Shown here piece after piece: positions 29,181 through 39,707 of a stretch of DNA of 64,000 nucleotides (positions are counted from its first letter, which is position 1; each line of letters starts with the position of its first letter). The stretch spans positions 1 through 64,000 of the IMG/VR virus record IMGVR_UViG_3300043449_002191; one strand, 5' to 3'. Origin of the DNA: a virus. A program made the position numbers and the translations under genes. Below the pieces are notes generated by a model that saw only the letters and a program-made list of their open reading frames with translations, was not told the DNA's origin and did not search any database.

Positions 29181-29306
29181 ATGACAATTAATGGAATTGA
29201 AATACAATCATTAGAGCATTTAGAAGATATAATAAAGGATATGGACGAAGATAGCAAGATTCACTTACGACTTATTTTTAATCAATATCAACTAAACGGA
29301 AATTAA
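29181..29306 (+). CDS. 41-aa protein (not in ORF track), possible fibre chaperone
   Basis: MTINGIEIQSLEHLEDIIKDMDEDSKIHLRLIFNQYQLNGN; GGAG SD; fills the gap between genes. Confidence 0.55.
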   Translation: MTINGIEIQSLEHLEDIIKDMDEDSKIHLRLIFNQYQLNGN

Positions 29307-29576
29307 ATGTCTATAAGCTTTAAAGAAGTAGATCACGCAAAGAAAAATTTGAATTCGATACATTTAACCGCAACTATAGAAGCCAAATACGACTTTCTTG
29401 TGGTTACAGGGGAAGACAGACAGTTTGTGGTTCAAGCTGAAAAATATTCAGAAGTAGGCCAAGCCATAGAAGATGCTGTTAGAATGATTTTTGAGGATGA
29501 AAGCATACTTTTTGTAAAAACTGCTATAATTACGGAGACTTTCGTTGTTATAGAAATTGCACTAGACGTAGCCTAA
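29307..29576 (+). CDS. Hypothetical protein
   Basis: Abuts the previous ORF; its stop lies inside a CCTAATCTT box. Confidence 0.6.
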   Translation: MSISFKEVDHAKKNLNSIHLTATIEAKYDFLVVTGEDRQFVVQAEKYSEVGQAIEDAVRMIFEDESILFVKTAIITETFVVIEIALDVA

Positions 29577-29596
29577 TCTTATTATTGAGGGTAGTC

Positions 29597-30043
29597 ATGG
29601 ATGATAAACTGAATATGATTTTAGATCAAATAGCTGATACGCAAGATAAACAAGCATCTTCGATTGAAGCCCTTAAAGAAAGCGTTATCCGTCAAGAGAT
29701 TTCGCTAGAGACTCATATTGATCAAACTCGTCAAATGAATTCTAAAATCTCTGATATTAACGATAGACTTAGTGAGTATAATGCTCAATTACAAATCCAC
29801 ATTGCAGGCGTACAGCAATTAAAGGAAATGAATACTCTTATCCGTGAAGAGCTTAAGCAAAGAGAAAAAGAGCTTGAAATTAAGCTTTCTGAGGCTCATG
29901 AAAAAATCAATTCTAGACTTGAAGTTGCAGAAGAGCCAATTAAATGGCTTAAAACAGCAGGCGTTTATGCTAAATGGGTAGGTAGTATCGGTAGTGCCAT
30001 AGGAATGATTTACGTTTTAGTTAAGTTTTTAGCAGCACTTTAG
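29597..30043 (+). CDS. Coiled-coil protein with C-terminal TM helix (holin/XhlA-like)
   Basis: Heptad-rich with hydrophobic C-terminus; ATG29597 follows GAGG. Confidence 0.5.
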   Translation: MDDKLNMILDQIADTQDKQASSIEALKESVIRQEISLETHIDQTRQMNSKISDINDRLSEYNAQLQIHIAGVQQLKEMNTLIREELKQREKELEIKLSEAHEKINSRLEVAEEPIKWLKTAGVYAKWVGSIGSAIGMIYVLVKFLAAL

Positions 30044-30660
30044 TCTGTATGCTGTAAATCACACTCAACGACATCTTCTAAGCGATTAGCTCTATTTGCA
30101 GGCAATTGAAGCATAGGTCCTTGATAGTTAAATAATTCATTGATGTAGTATTCATAACTACCTTCAAAAACATCTCTTTTTAGAGCAAATTGATACATCA
30201 AGCTTTTAGGCACAAAAGGGTCTGTGAAATAATACCCAAAGTGAGGTCTAAGCTGAGCGCAATGACCCAATTCATGATAAATAATAAGCTCCCTACGACT
30301 TTGACTTGATGCATAAAACTTGTCACGATTAACAAAAACAACATTTTGACCATTCCGCAAAAAAGCACAAAAGGCCAATACCTTGGACCCTCTCCAATCT
30401 GTATCCCCAAATGTTACCACCACGTTTTGTGTGTTAATATTTTTACCAAAATCTGCAGCATAGTTTAAATATTTAATAAAGTAAGGCATTAATTCTAAAG
30501 AATTTTCAAACTCAATGTTAATAGGAGCGATCTCTTTTTTAGGAGTCTTAACTATGCCTTCAGAATCTTCAGGTAAATTTTCAGGGTCATAATTGGGATT
30601 ATGAAGTTGTTGACAGGCGGCATTTAATACTAATAGTAGGGTCAAAATTAAGTTTTTCAT
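30040..30660 (-). CDS. Lipoprotein zinc metallopeptidase (zincin)
   Basis: Lipobox-like LNAAC; IYHELGHCAQLRPH; downstream SLM Met-turn-like motif. Confidence 0.75.
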   Translation of the reverse strand: MKNLILTLLLVLNAACQQLHNPNYDPENLPEDSEGIVKTPKKEIAPINIEFENSLELMPYFIKYLNYAADFGKNINTQNVVVTFGDTDWRGSKVLAFCAFLRNGQNVVFVNRDKFYASSQSRRELIIYHELGHCAQLRPHFGYYFTDPFVPKSLMYQFALKRDVFEGSYEYYINELFNYQGPMLQLPANRANRLEDVVECDLQHTD

Positions 30661-30713
30661 GATTTAAATATCTCATAGTATGGCCAATAAGTCAATAGCC
30701 TAATCTTATATAT

Positions 30714-31016
30714 ATGAAATTCTTAACAGCATTAAAACAGTCTATAAGCGAAAAAGGCTTAAAATTGCCACTAGCCTATGATCCAGTGACAAAAAAGGCT
30801 TCTATTACTATTTTATTTGCTTGGGTATCCTTTGCGTTAGCGCTATCGAGTATCATTTTGTTACACAAATTCCAGTCTATTCTTCCTGCTACAATAATGT
30901 CAGTTATTTTTTGGGTCATTTCAACTATATTCTATCTTATCAGAAAAATACAAAAAGCCAAAATTGACCTAGATGACAAAAGTATTGACATTGAAGGTGA
31001 AGAAAGTAAAGACTAA
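30714..31016 (+). CDS. Two-TM membrane protein, putative holin
   Basis: Two hydrophobic helices, charged C-terminal tail, late box upstream. Confidence 0.5.
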   Translation: MKFLTALKQSISEKGLKLPLAYDPVTKKASITILFAWVSFALALSSIILLHKFQSILPATIMSVIFWVISTIFYLIRKIQKAKIDLDDKSIDIEGEESKD

Positions 31017-31447
31017 TCCTTTTTCTTTTTTCTACCTTTTCGGCTACCAGAATTTTTATTAGATTCTTCAATAACTTCAGCCATAACTTGAGCAGCATCC
31101 TCTAAGGGCCTAACTTGTCGAAAAGCTACTCGTTCGGTAGGCAAGCATACTAACAAAGGCACACCTTCTTCGATTGATACTTCCCCATCAAGCGCCATGA
31201 AAGAGGCAGTAATACGACTTGCGTCTTTGTATGCACCGAGGAGAATAACCCCGTTTTCTGCAAGCATTCTTGAAGGTTTAAAATCTAAATCCATATTCCC
31301 ACCTGAAATGGGCTTAATAGCAAAATCAAAAGTTAAAAGAGTTACCTTCCCATCAGACATTGTAACAGGATTGCTTTGGCTCAAAGTAAACTCAGTGCCG
31401 CCATCTTCCTTAATTGCTTTGCTTTTTTCAAATACTACTAATCTCAT
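31013..31447 (-). CDS. Hypothetical protein, possibly a degenerate dUTPase fold
   Basis: PVTMSDGKVTLLTFDFAI..FKPSRMLAENGVILL..IEEGVPL parallels the dUTPase pattern without catalytic motifs. Confidence 0.45.
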   Translation of the reverse strand: MRLVVFEKSKAIKEDGGTEFTLSQSNPVTMSDGKVTLLTFDFAIKPISGGNMDLDFKPSRMLAENGVILLGAYKDASRITASFMALDGEVSIEEGVPLLVCLPTERVAFRQVRPLEDAAQVMAEVIEESNKNSGSRKGRKKKKD

Positions 31448-31456
31448 TGTGTCCTC

Positions 31457-32326
31457 CTATGTCCAATCAACTGTTCCAACTGCAACATTTGTGCTGTTTA
31501 GCTCTACTCTATCATATAAGGAATTAAATTCAAGCTTTTTAAAAACTTTTTTCAATTCTTCTTTTGATTGGTCCACTTTCATTAAAGGTACTTCAATATT
31601 TAATGATTTTTCCATAGTAACTAAATCTTTAGCTAAGAATACTTGATCATGACTTTTGATTAATTTTTCTTTAGTTTTTCCAACTGTATGGTCTATATTT
31701 TTATATATAGCATTTAAAGAACCGAAATCGTTTAGCAACTTAACAGCGCCTTTAGGACCAATTCCATCAATCCCTTTAATATTGTCAGAAGTATCTCCGA
31801 CTATAGCCAAATAATCAATAAATTGTTCTGGACTTATGCCATACTTAATATAAACATCAGATGGACCAATAAGAGTATCCTTGGAAATATCATAAATTTT
31901 AACAGTATTTGACACTAGTTGATTAAAGTCTTTGTCGCCGGATACAATATATACCTCATTATTTTCTTTATACTTTTCACATAACGAGGCAATTACATCA
32001 TCCCCTTCATACCCATCTACTGAAATAGCTGGATAGCCAAAACCAGACAAAAGTTCAGGAAGCATATTCAATTGAGTTTTAAGGTCTTCAGGCAACTCCT
32101 GTCTGTTGGCTTTATAGGCAGAGCTTTTTTGCTTTCTTAAATTTTTGGTTTTAGACTCCAAAGCAAATATTACTAGGTCAGGTTTATGGTCATCTAAAAT
32201 CATGTACACCATCTTGCAAAAACCATAAAGACCTTGGACTGGCAATCCATAAGAAGTTTTTAAAGGCTCGTTGCCCCAAAAAGCTCTGTGGAATAAATTC
32301 ATAGTATCTATCAAATATACCTTCAT
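31457..32326 (-). CDS. 5'-3' exonuclease / flap endonuclease (PolI N-terminal / T4 RNase H family)
   Basis: YLIDTMNLFHRAF, YKANR, EGDDVIASL, SGDKDFNQL, GDTSDNIKGIDGIGPKGA. Confidence 0.95.
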   Translation of the reverse strand: MKVYLIDTMNLFHRAFWGNEPLKTSYGLPVQGLYGFCKMVYMILDDHKPDLVIFALESKTKNLRKQKSSAYKANRQELPEDLKTQLNMLPELLSGFGYPAISVDGYEGDDVIASLCEKYKENNEVYIVSGDKDFNQLVSNTVKIYDISKDTLIGPSDVYIKYGISPEQFIDYLAIVGDTSDNIKGIDGIGPKGAVKLLNDFGSLNAIYKNIDHTVGKTKEKLIKSHDQVFLAKDLVTMEKSLNIEVPLMKVDQSKEELKKVFKKLEFNSLYDRVELNSTNVAVGTVDWT

Positions 32327-32778
32327 GAAAGCACTTCTCTTTGAATCTTTTCAATTTCTTCAGATGTATACAAATACTTCGAGGTCTTTTCAATATATTC
32401 TTTGATTTCTTTAAGATATCTTTCAACCAAATCTCTATCGTCACTTGATAAATAGTTAGAAGAAGAGTGATATTCTTCAACTGCAGTTTTAATTATACCC
32501 ATCATTGGGGCCTTAGCAAGAAACATCTTAGTTTTACTGCCTTTTCTGTACCAATTATCTCTTGTGCATAATAGGTCTAAAAAATCATTATATCTATTAA
32601 ACATACGCAGCACTATATCTGACTTAGAAGTATAATTCTTTTCAATGTCTTCGCCAAGCTCAAGCCTAGTAATAGTGCGGTCAATATAGCCACTCATAGT
32701 GTTAAACAGTAAGCATCTAAGCACGACTTGATGTATAGGACGTAAGACTAGGCAATGTGTATCTAATTCTTCTTGCAT
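32323..32778 (-). CDS. Hypothetical protein
   Basis: GAGG SD; extended -10 TGGTATAAT upstream. Confidence 0.6.
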   Translation of the reverse strand: MQEELDTHCLVLRPIHQVVLRCLLFNTMSGYIDRTITRLELGEDIEKNYTSKSDIVLRMFNRYNDFLDLLCTRDNWYRKGSKTKMFLAKAPMMGIIKTAVEEYHSSSNYLSSDDRDLVERYLKEIKEYIEKTSKYLYTSEEIEKIQREVLS

Positions 32779-32909
32779 TCTGCACCTCTATCGAATTATA
32801 CCACTTTTACCTAATCTTATTATTATCCCACCTTAAAAAATCAAAAAAATGCTATAATAACATTGAAGCATTCAAAAATATGCTTAATAATACATATAGG
32901 AGTTAAGCA

Positions 32910-33299
32910 ATGGAAACTACTGTAAAAGTTGATTTTCACGAAATTGGGTCTGACACAGGACAAGTTTATGAAGGCCAGTTTGTAATTAAAACCTTGCTTT
33001 CACGCAGAGATCTTTTTATGGCTGATGAACGCCGCCGCCTAGTTATCGGATCTCTTGGTGAATCAGCGCCATCAATGATTAATGGCGAAGCATACATGAT
33101 CGGACAGCTTGCCGTAAGAATTGTGGATGCACCTAAATGGTTTAAAGAGTCGGACTTAGGTCTTGAGCTTAAAGATGAAAACATCATTCCAATGCTTTTT
33201 AAACTATGTATGGATAAAGAACAAGAGCGTAAGGATGAAATTAAAAAGAAATCTGAGGAAAGCTTAAAAAAGCTGTCTAAAAAGATCGAAAAAGCCTAG
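32910..33299 (+). CDS. Tail assembly chaperone (gpG-like)
   Basis: Two genes upstream of the tape measure; YEGQF..IVDAPKWF. Confidence 0.65.
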   Translation: METTVKVDFHEIGSDTGQVYEGQFVIKTLLSRRDLFMADERRRLVIGSLGESAPSMINGEAYMIGQLAVRIVDAPKWFKESDLGLELKDENIIPMLFKLCMDKEQERKDEIKKKSEESLKKLSKKIEKA

Positions 33300-33310
33300 T
33301 AGAGTTTAAT

Positions 33311-33796
33311 ATGATGGACTTTGAGTTGTTGAGTGCTATTCGTATGATAGCACTCCATGATGCAATTGAAGGGAATTATGAGGCTTTCTACAGAAAAACC
33401 TGTAGATGGTACTCTAAGACATTTTATACCCCTCTAAAAGAAGTCATGGAAATGGCCGATGAAGAAGTTTTAAGGGTATATTTCGAGGAAACCATTCAAA
33501 CTATGAAGTCTCTAGGTGACGAAAAATTTGATGAATATGTCAAAGAAGTAGTCCAGCAAGAGCTAAATAAAAACAAAGATGAAGAAGAATTGGCAGCAGA
33601 AACTGCAGATGATGACGACTGGTACAAAGAAGAGCTTGAAAGGCTTAAAAAAGAAGATAGCAAGAAATCAAAGACTAAAAAATCCAAATCTACTAAAAAA
33701 GCCAATAAAAACGAAGATATAGATGAAAAGCCTAATCTTTTAGGTACAGACGATAGTGGCACATTTTATTTTAATGGCGAAGATAATATTGAATAG
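33311..33796 (+). CDS. Tail assembly chaperone second part (gpT-like)
   Basis: RWYSKTFYTPLKEV; in the -1 frame relative to the upstream ORF; precedes the tape measure. Confidence 0.55.
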   Translation: MMDFELLSAIRMIALHDAIEGNYEAFYRKTCRWYSKTFYTPLKEVMEMADEEVLRVYFEETIQTMKSLGDEKFDEYVKEVVQQELNKNKDEEELAAETADDDDWYKEELERLKKEDSKKSKTKKSKSTKKANKNEDIDEKPNLLGTDDSGTFYFNGEDNIE

Positions 33797-33807
33797 CAAG
33801 GTATATA

Positions 33808-36000
33808 ATGGCTAAGCTTACTTTTGAAGCCCAGATGAAGGGCTTTGAACAACTTAATGATATGTTCAAAAAAATCGAAGAAAGTCTTTACGATGTTTCT
33901 CATGCAGGAAACAAAGGCTTCGATGAAATGAACAGCAAAGTAAAAGCTTTGCATGATACCCTCGGCAATCTAACAAAATCTCAAGATTCAATTGGAAGAA
34001 TACTAAAAGAGTACACTAACGTAGGTGATGATACTATTGGTATCGTTAGAGATATGAACAAAGGTATTGTAAGTGCCATGAAAGAAGGCACAGCAGCCCT
34101 TAAAAACGAAATTTCTAATATTAGATCAATGATTAGAGATGAGCAGAACAATTTAGCCACATTAAAAGCTAATTCTAAGCTATTCACAGAAGAAGAGCGC
34201 CAACAAATGCATGGCGAAATCTCTAAAAGAATTACCACTTTACAGGGAATGCAAGTCACAGCAGCAACTTCAGTTGCTGATGCAGAACGCCAACAAGCTT
34301 ACAAAGCGTCTTTTGTTGGTAAAATGGGCGATTATTTGGGCACAAAAGTAAATTTGCCTTTTGGCGCTCAAATGACTAGAGGTGCATTGATAGGTGGAGC
34401 GGCTGCACTTCCTGGAGCTGTACTTGGAATATCTAGCTATGCAGTAACTGAACAGATGAATCCCCAAAGAACTTTTATGGCTCAAAGAGATTTAGCAATG
34501 CAAACTGCCGGAAGAGCTATGGAAGGCGACCCTACGTTATACATGATGCAGCAAATGGGTTTAGGGGCGGCTAATGCTACTGAACAGTCTATGGCATTTA
34601 AAGCTAAAACTTCTATGCAATTCTTAATGCAAAATCCTCTTGGCGGAGCCGTTATGGGAGGATTGGCAGGCTTTAAACTTGGTGGTCCATGGGGTGCGCT
34701 TGCAGGTGCTGCAGCAGGTGCTTTTGCTGCTCCGAATAAAACTTACGATACCGTATTAGCGGAAGCAAAAATGCAACTAAGAGAAGAAGATCAAAGAATG
34801 GGTGAAACGGTTTTTAAAACCGCAAGCGAAGGTTATAGAAGTGAATCCAGAAACTTAGACCTTGCACAAAGATCTATGGGTCGTGAAGAAGCCCAGCGTC
34901 TTACTAGAATTGGGTACAGAGCAGGTCTTTTATCTGAAGAAACCGCAGATGAAATAAATGCTATAGCAGGACTTGGCGCTTCTCCTTATATGTCAGCAAA
35001 TTATCTTAAATTAAGAAGACGTTACGGTGTATCTGGTGCTATGATGGATAGATTAAACCAGACAACAGCTCTTTCTGGAAATTCTGAAGTTGCAAGACAA
35101 GATATACTGCAAATGTATGCAAATGCTGGTATGTATGGATCAGAATCATATGGCTCTAGAATGGAGCTTTCTAACTTCATGGCCAGCATGATGCAAGGTC
35201 GTGGACCTGGAACTTCTGCAGCAGATGTTGGCGGCACAGTATCAACATTGATATCCCAAGGAACTGGGAATATCGGTCTTAGAACTAAATCTGCAATTCA
35301 AGCAGTTTCAACTCTTAATGAAATGAAAAAAGGCCCTACGGCTTTAAATGCCCTTGAAACATCTACCTTAATGAGCATGGGTATTACAGACCCATTTATT
35401 ATTCAGAGCCTTATTCGAAGAGGCTTAGGCACAAAAGAAGTCCAGCAAGATATAGCTAATGCTACAGGAATTCCTTTACCAGATGTTCAAGCAAAAATTG
35501 GCGGCATTAATACTACCATGTTAGAACAAGCTAAGAATTTTGGAACAGAGACATCTAGACAGCAAGCAGCTAAAATGAAAAGAGACTATGACACCATGGT
35601 ATTTATGGGGGATGAAGCTGCAGAAAGAGCGGCTCAAGGAGTAGGATATACCTATAAACAAACCCTTGCAGCAGAATATGGGACCAAAAGCGCAGGTAAA
35701 TTTAATTTAGTCCAAGAAACTTATAGTCAAGCAGATGTCCAAGCTGCCGGAAAAGCTTCGGAAATCGAAGCGTCTTATAAAAATATGGAAAAAATGATTA
35801 GCGAAGTTGGTGGAGATTTATCAAAAACTGTTATTCAAGCTATAAACGAATCAATTTCTTTTGGGTTTAATCAAGCAGTTATGCAGATGGATTTAACTAC
35901 AAAACAACTTTTAAGCGAAAAGAAAAGAGATCAGGCTAGTAAGAGTAAAGTTGAAGCTGAAGAAATCAAATATAATGCTCTTGATAAAACTCGATATTAA
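33808..36000 (+). CDS. Tape measure protein
   Basis: Ala/Gly/Met-rich helical protein with GGPWGALAGAAAGA hydrophobic segment; synteny. Confidence 0.75.
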   Translation: MAKLTFEAQMKGFEQLNDMFKKIEESLYDVSHAGNKGFDEMNSKVKALHDTLGNLTKSQDSIGRILKEYTNVGDDTIGIVRDMNKGIVSAMKEGTAALKNEISNIRSMIRDEQNNLATLKANSKLFTEEERQQMHGEISKRITTLQGMQVTAATSVADAERQQAYKASFVGKMGDYLGTKVNLPFGAQMTRGALIGGAAALPGAVLGISSYAVTEQMNPQRTFMAQRDLAMQTAGRAMEGDPTLYMMQQMGLGAANATEQSMAFKAKTSMQFLMQNPLGGAVMGGLAGFKLGGPWGALAGAAAGAFAAPNKTYDTVLAEAKMQLREEDQRMGETVFKTASEGYRSESRNLDLAQRSMGREEAQRLTRIGYRAGLLSEETADEINAIAGLGASPYMSANYLKLRRRYGVSGAMMDRLNQTTALSGNSEVARQDILQMYANAGMYGSESYGSRMELSNFMASMMQGRGPGTSAADVGGTVSTLISQGTGNIGLRTKSAIQAVSTLNEMKKGPTALNALETSTLMSMGITDPFIIQSLIRRGLGTKEVQQDIANATGIPLPDVQAKIGGINTTMLEQAKNFGTETSRQQAAKMKRDYDTMVFMGDEAAERAAQGVGYTYKQTLAAEYGTKSAGKFNLVQETYSQADVQAAGKASEIEASYKNMEKMISEVGGDLSKTVIQAINESISFGFNQAVMQMDLTTKQLLSEKKRDQASKSKVEAEEIKYNALDKTRY

Positions 36001-36046
36001 TAATTAATTATCTAAAATTATAGCTCATTGAGGTATAATATAACGT

Positions 36047-38275
36047 ATGAGCGCTAAAAAAACAGGTAAAAAACCTACTAAAACTCAAGATAAACCTAAA
36101 GGATCTCCTGGTCATCCATCGGTTTATTTAACACAAAATCAGTCTGATTCTCATCAAAGAAATCCTAGCTGGTGCGTTGCTTTTATTAGATTTAATGAAG
36201 TATCTGCGATGCATACGACTTCTTCAGATTTATTTGCTGAAAAAAAAGCGCTTATTATAGAAAACGATTGTGTAGGAGTTTCAATAAATAATCCAAAAGG
36301 ATCATTTGCAAAGACCTGCTCTTTAAGCATGAAAGTCGGTGAAATCTGGTATCAAAATGCAGTTTCTTGCGGTGATTGGGTTTTTGTTTGGATGTCTGAC
36401 AGTCAAGACCATATTGATAGAATTGTAGAAGCTTTATACGGTTCTGGGAAGGAGTCTTTGAATGGTTTTAATTCTGGCCTTAAATTTATAGGGAGAGTGA
36501 TTAGCACCGATAACTCTGATGTTATTGACTCAACTGGACATAGAACCATTTATCAAAATGTACATTGCCAAGCCTTTTTAGAAATGAATACTTCTATTTA
36601 TTACACATTCTTATCTCAATCTGTAATCGAAGCAAACAACAAAGAAAACCAAGTATCAGGTAATATTAATTTTGTAAAAAAATCTATTTCAGATATACAG
36701 AAAAGCAATGGAATGGGGGCAGCATTAACAAAACTTGGCGAAATTTTTGACAACTATTATAAAAATAGTGCGGATACAGCACCAGAAACAATCATAGGGA
36801 TGCTTTTTACTCTTATAATGGGCATCGAAAAAGAAAAAAATCTAGCAAATTCACTTGGAGATATAAAAGGATCTTTTTCTGATGCTATTGGAATACCAAA
36901 AACCGTAGCTAATATAATGGGTATTCCAGAAGCAACTAAACTTTGGGAACTTTATACTTTATACCTTGGTCTGCAAAAATATTCTAGTAAAAGAAATACG
37001 CTTGCTGGTAATTTAAGTCCAGATTTTTCATCAGAAACTGATCAAGCACCAAATTCAGTTTTTTATAGAACACCTTATCCTACAAAAGGATACGTGCCTT
37101 TTTATATGCCCCCAATCTGGGATAATAATACATTTTGGGGAGTTTTAAGCCAATTTGTGCATCCAATTGTAAACGAAATGTACACAGCACTTAGAATTAA
37201 TAAAGATGGTCAAATAAGACCTACCCTTATAGTTAGGGAACAACCTTTTAGTACTGGACTATATAATTATCTATACCAAAAGGCCCCAGAAATAATAAAA
37301 GTAGACTCTCTAAGTAGCGCACCTCCAAACGCAAAAGCTGGAGAAACAAACCAAAAACAAAGCGCTCAAAGTGCAATAAAAGAAAAAATTCAAAAAGCTC
37401 AATCATCAGGTAATAAAACAGAAAGTATTGTTTCATATGACGAAAAATCATCCTTAAAAAAAGATACGATTCCATCTGCGCCAGGTCCAAAGTATGATAA
37501 TGATAGAAGAACTTTTTTTCATAATTTACCTAGATGGGTAGTAGACGAAAGCGCTCTACACTCCATAAATGTTAGCACTGATGAAGGTGCCCGTGTAAAT
37601 TTTGTCCAAGTTTGGGGTAGATCTCAGGGTTTAGAGTTTAATCAAGCAAAAATTGATCAAGAGCAGTGGAAGATAATCCAGTTTATGTCACCAAACTATG
37701 TTTCTGATGATAGAGATATTAAAAGACACGGACTTAGGGCTGATATATCTGAATCACAATTTGATATGCCTTCAAATGATGCAGGTACATTGACACATCT
37801 GTTTTGCAGAATGAGAGCAGATTGGCTTTTTAATGGGCATTTAAAATTAAATGGTACAGCCAGTCTTCATGGTATTGTGGAACCTATAGTTGAGGGAGAC
37901 AATGCTCAAATCCGTGGGGTCCTTTATCATATTGAAGGCGTATCTCATAATGGTGTTTTAGGTGTTAATGGGCAAAAAACCTTCACAACCACATTGCAAT
38001 TATCTAGAGGGGTTCTTGCAAACGAATTTGATAAAGATTCTAGTCTTCCACGGTATGCCAAAGATTTGCCAGAAAGCCGAGCTGGTATGGATACTCAAAA
38101 AGGATTCAATCTACCAGGAAGCACAGATTTACAGGCAACTTCTTCTAGAAAAGGCCGTGACGTTGCTACTGGTGAAAAAATAAAAGCTCCAGAGAATACT
38201 GGTAAAAAGAAAAAGAAGAACCCTTTAGAAAAACTAAAAAAAGCATTACCTAAAGCTAAAAGGAAGGGCAAATAA
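36047..38275 (+). CDS. Baseplate hub protein
   Basis: Follows the tape measure; KRHGLR..LNGTASLHG..YHIEGVSH..FTTTLQLSRG. Confidence 0.7.
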   Translation: MSAKKTGKKPTKTQDKPKGSPGHPSVYLTQNQSDSHQRNPSWCVAFIRFNEVSAMHTTSSDLFAEKKALIIENDCVGVSINNPKGSFAKTCSLSMKVGEIWYQNAVSCGDWVFVWMSDSQDHIDRIVEALYGSGKESLNGFNSGLKFIGRVISTDNSDVIDSTGHRTIYQNVHCQAFLEMNTSIYYTFLSQSVIEANNKENQVSGNINFVKKSISDIQKSNGMGAALTKLGEIFDNYYKNSADTAPETIIGMLFTLIMGIEKEKNLANSLGDIKGSFSDAIGIPKTVANIMGIPEATKLWELYTLYLGLQKYSSKRNTLAGNLSPDFSSETDQAPNSVFYRTPYPTKGYVPFYMPPIWDNNTFWGVLSQFVHPIVNEMYTALRINKDGQIRPTLIVREQPFSTGLYNYLYQKAPEIIKVDSLSSAPPNAKAGETNQKQSAQSAIKEKIQKAQSSGNKTESIVSYDEKSSLKKDTIPSAPGPKYDNDRRTFFHNLPRWVVDESALHSINVSTDEGARVNFVQVWGRSQGLEFNQAKIDQEQWKIIQFMSPNYVSDDRDIKRHGLRADISESQFDMPSNDAGTLTHLFCRMRADWLFNGHLKLNGTASLHGIVEPIVEGDNAQIRGVLYHIEGVSHNGVLGVNGQKTFTTTLQLSRGVLANEFDKDSSLPRYAKDLPESRAGMDTQKGFNLPGSTDLQATSSRKGRDVATGEKIKAPENTGKKKKKNPLEKLKKALPKAKRKGK

Positions 38276-38994
38276 TGACTAATTTTAATCAAACTTTTTT
38301 TGGTCAAATCAAAGAAATTATAGCTCCTGACCATCCCAAAAATCCAACTAAATATCAATACTTATATCTAGTTGTAATTTCTGCTGGTGGATATTCACAA
38401 ATTACGGCACCGTGCATTAGAAATGACCCTTTTGGTGAAATTGATAACTACCAAGATTCAATTTTAAATGTAGGCGATAAAGTGTTTATATTATTCCCTA
38501 AAGGCGATAAGTCTATGGGTCTGATCATTGGCGGTGGTAGATACTATTCTAAGCCACAAGATAAGGCAAAAGGTAAATACTTTTTAAGACGTTTCAATAA
38601 AGTAGAGACATATATTGATTCTGCGTTTAATTACAGTGTTAAGTCTGATTCTGGACCTAACTTCCAATTAATGGTAGATAAAATCATTTTAGACGATTCA
38701 GTTGGTGAAAAGATTGTTTTAGATAAAAACGCTAAATCTATTACTATTGGGACTAAAGACCTGACAATTGATGCCAAAGGTAAAGCGAATATTACTGTAA
38801 AAGGTAATTTGACTATAAATGTGTCTGGCAATGCTGATATAAAAGTATCCAAAAATGCTAACATTAAGGCTAAAAAGATAGCCCTTAACGGTGAAAAGTC
38901 TGGTATTACAACTGAAATGTCCCATCAAGGTGTAATAGATTTGATCACAGGTGTACCAGTTAAAGCAAGTAAAACGGTTTTAGGTGACGTGTAA
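38275..38994 (+). CDS. Baseplate central spike (gpV/gp5-like)
   Basis: OB-like N-term (VGDKVFILF..LIIGG) and beta-helical repeats (ITVKGNLTINVSGNADIKV). Confidence 0.75.
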   Translation: MTNFNQTFFGQIKEIIAPDHPKNPTKYQYLYLVVISAGGYSQITAPCIRNDPFGEIDNYQDSILNVGDKVFILFPKGDKSMGLIIGGGRYYSKPQDKAKGKYFLRRFNKVETYIDSAFNYSVKSDSGPNFQLMVDKIILDDSVGEKIVLDKNAKSITIGTKDLTIDAKGKANITVKGNLTINVSGNADIKVSKNANIKAKKIALNGEKSGITTEMSHQGVIDLITGVPVKASKTVLGDV

Positions 38995-39707
38995 TGCCAG
39001 CAGTTCCAGCGGCTTTAATTTCAATGATAACTAAAAATGTTTCTGATAACATCAAAAAGTTATCTGGAAAATCACCATTGGAAACAAAAGCTGCTCCATA
39101 TTTTACTCAAATGTGTAAAGCCATAGGAATGGGTATCGCAAGTGGAACCCAAACATTAACTTTTGAAACTAAAGATCAAGGGTTTAAAGGTGAGCCCCCA
39201 GTTCCTGGGGTTGGTATGGGTATGGGGTTAGAAGTTGATGCAGATTATATGTCAGAAAAGATATATACAAACATTAGAAAAAGCATACTAAAAAGGTATA
39301 AAAAAACATCGCATAATCCATGGCCCCCAGAAAGCGAAAATTCTGGGGAATTCCTAAAGGCTTTCTCGGACGGAATAGCTAAAGCTGTAAAAGAGCATTA
39401 TAAGACTAGTTGGGTTTTAAACTCTAATCACCCATTGATCTATAGTGGAAGTGCCAAATGCGATAAGTTTAAAGGGGTACAAGCCCCTGCAGTTAAAAGT
39501 ATTATACTTGCAAATAAAGGCTCATTAAAAGGGCCATTTTTTGCGGATTTTGCAGAAGGTGTAGCTAAAGGCTATCAAGATACTATTGAAAAAAAGACCA
39601 CTGGAAAAGTAACAATTACGGGCATTTGTATAATTATTGTGCCTCCAGCAGGTTTCCAAATGTGTGGTATACCAGCAACTGGTAAAAGTACTGGCATAGC
39701 ATCCTAA
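38994..39707 (+). CDS. Baseplate-region virion protein
   Basis: TAATG-coupled to the spike gene. Confidence 0.6.
   Translation: MPAVPAALISMITKNVSDNIKKLSGKSPLETKAAPYFTQMCKAIGMGIASGTQTLTFETKDQGFKGEPPVPGVGMGMGLEVDADYMSEKIYTNIRKSILKRYKKTSHNPWPPESENSGEFLKAFSDGIAKAVKEHYKTSWVLNSNHPLIYSGSAKCDKFKGVQAPAVKSIILANKGSLKGPFFADFAEGVAKGYQDTIEKKTTGKVTITGICIIIVPPAGFQMCGIPATGKSTGIAS

Noticed and set aside
33266-33272. Perfect A-AAA-AAG slippery heptamer as the chaperone frameshift site
   Set aside because: A -1 shift here meets TAA at 33278-33280 two codons later.
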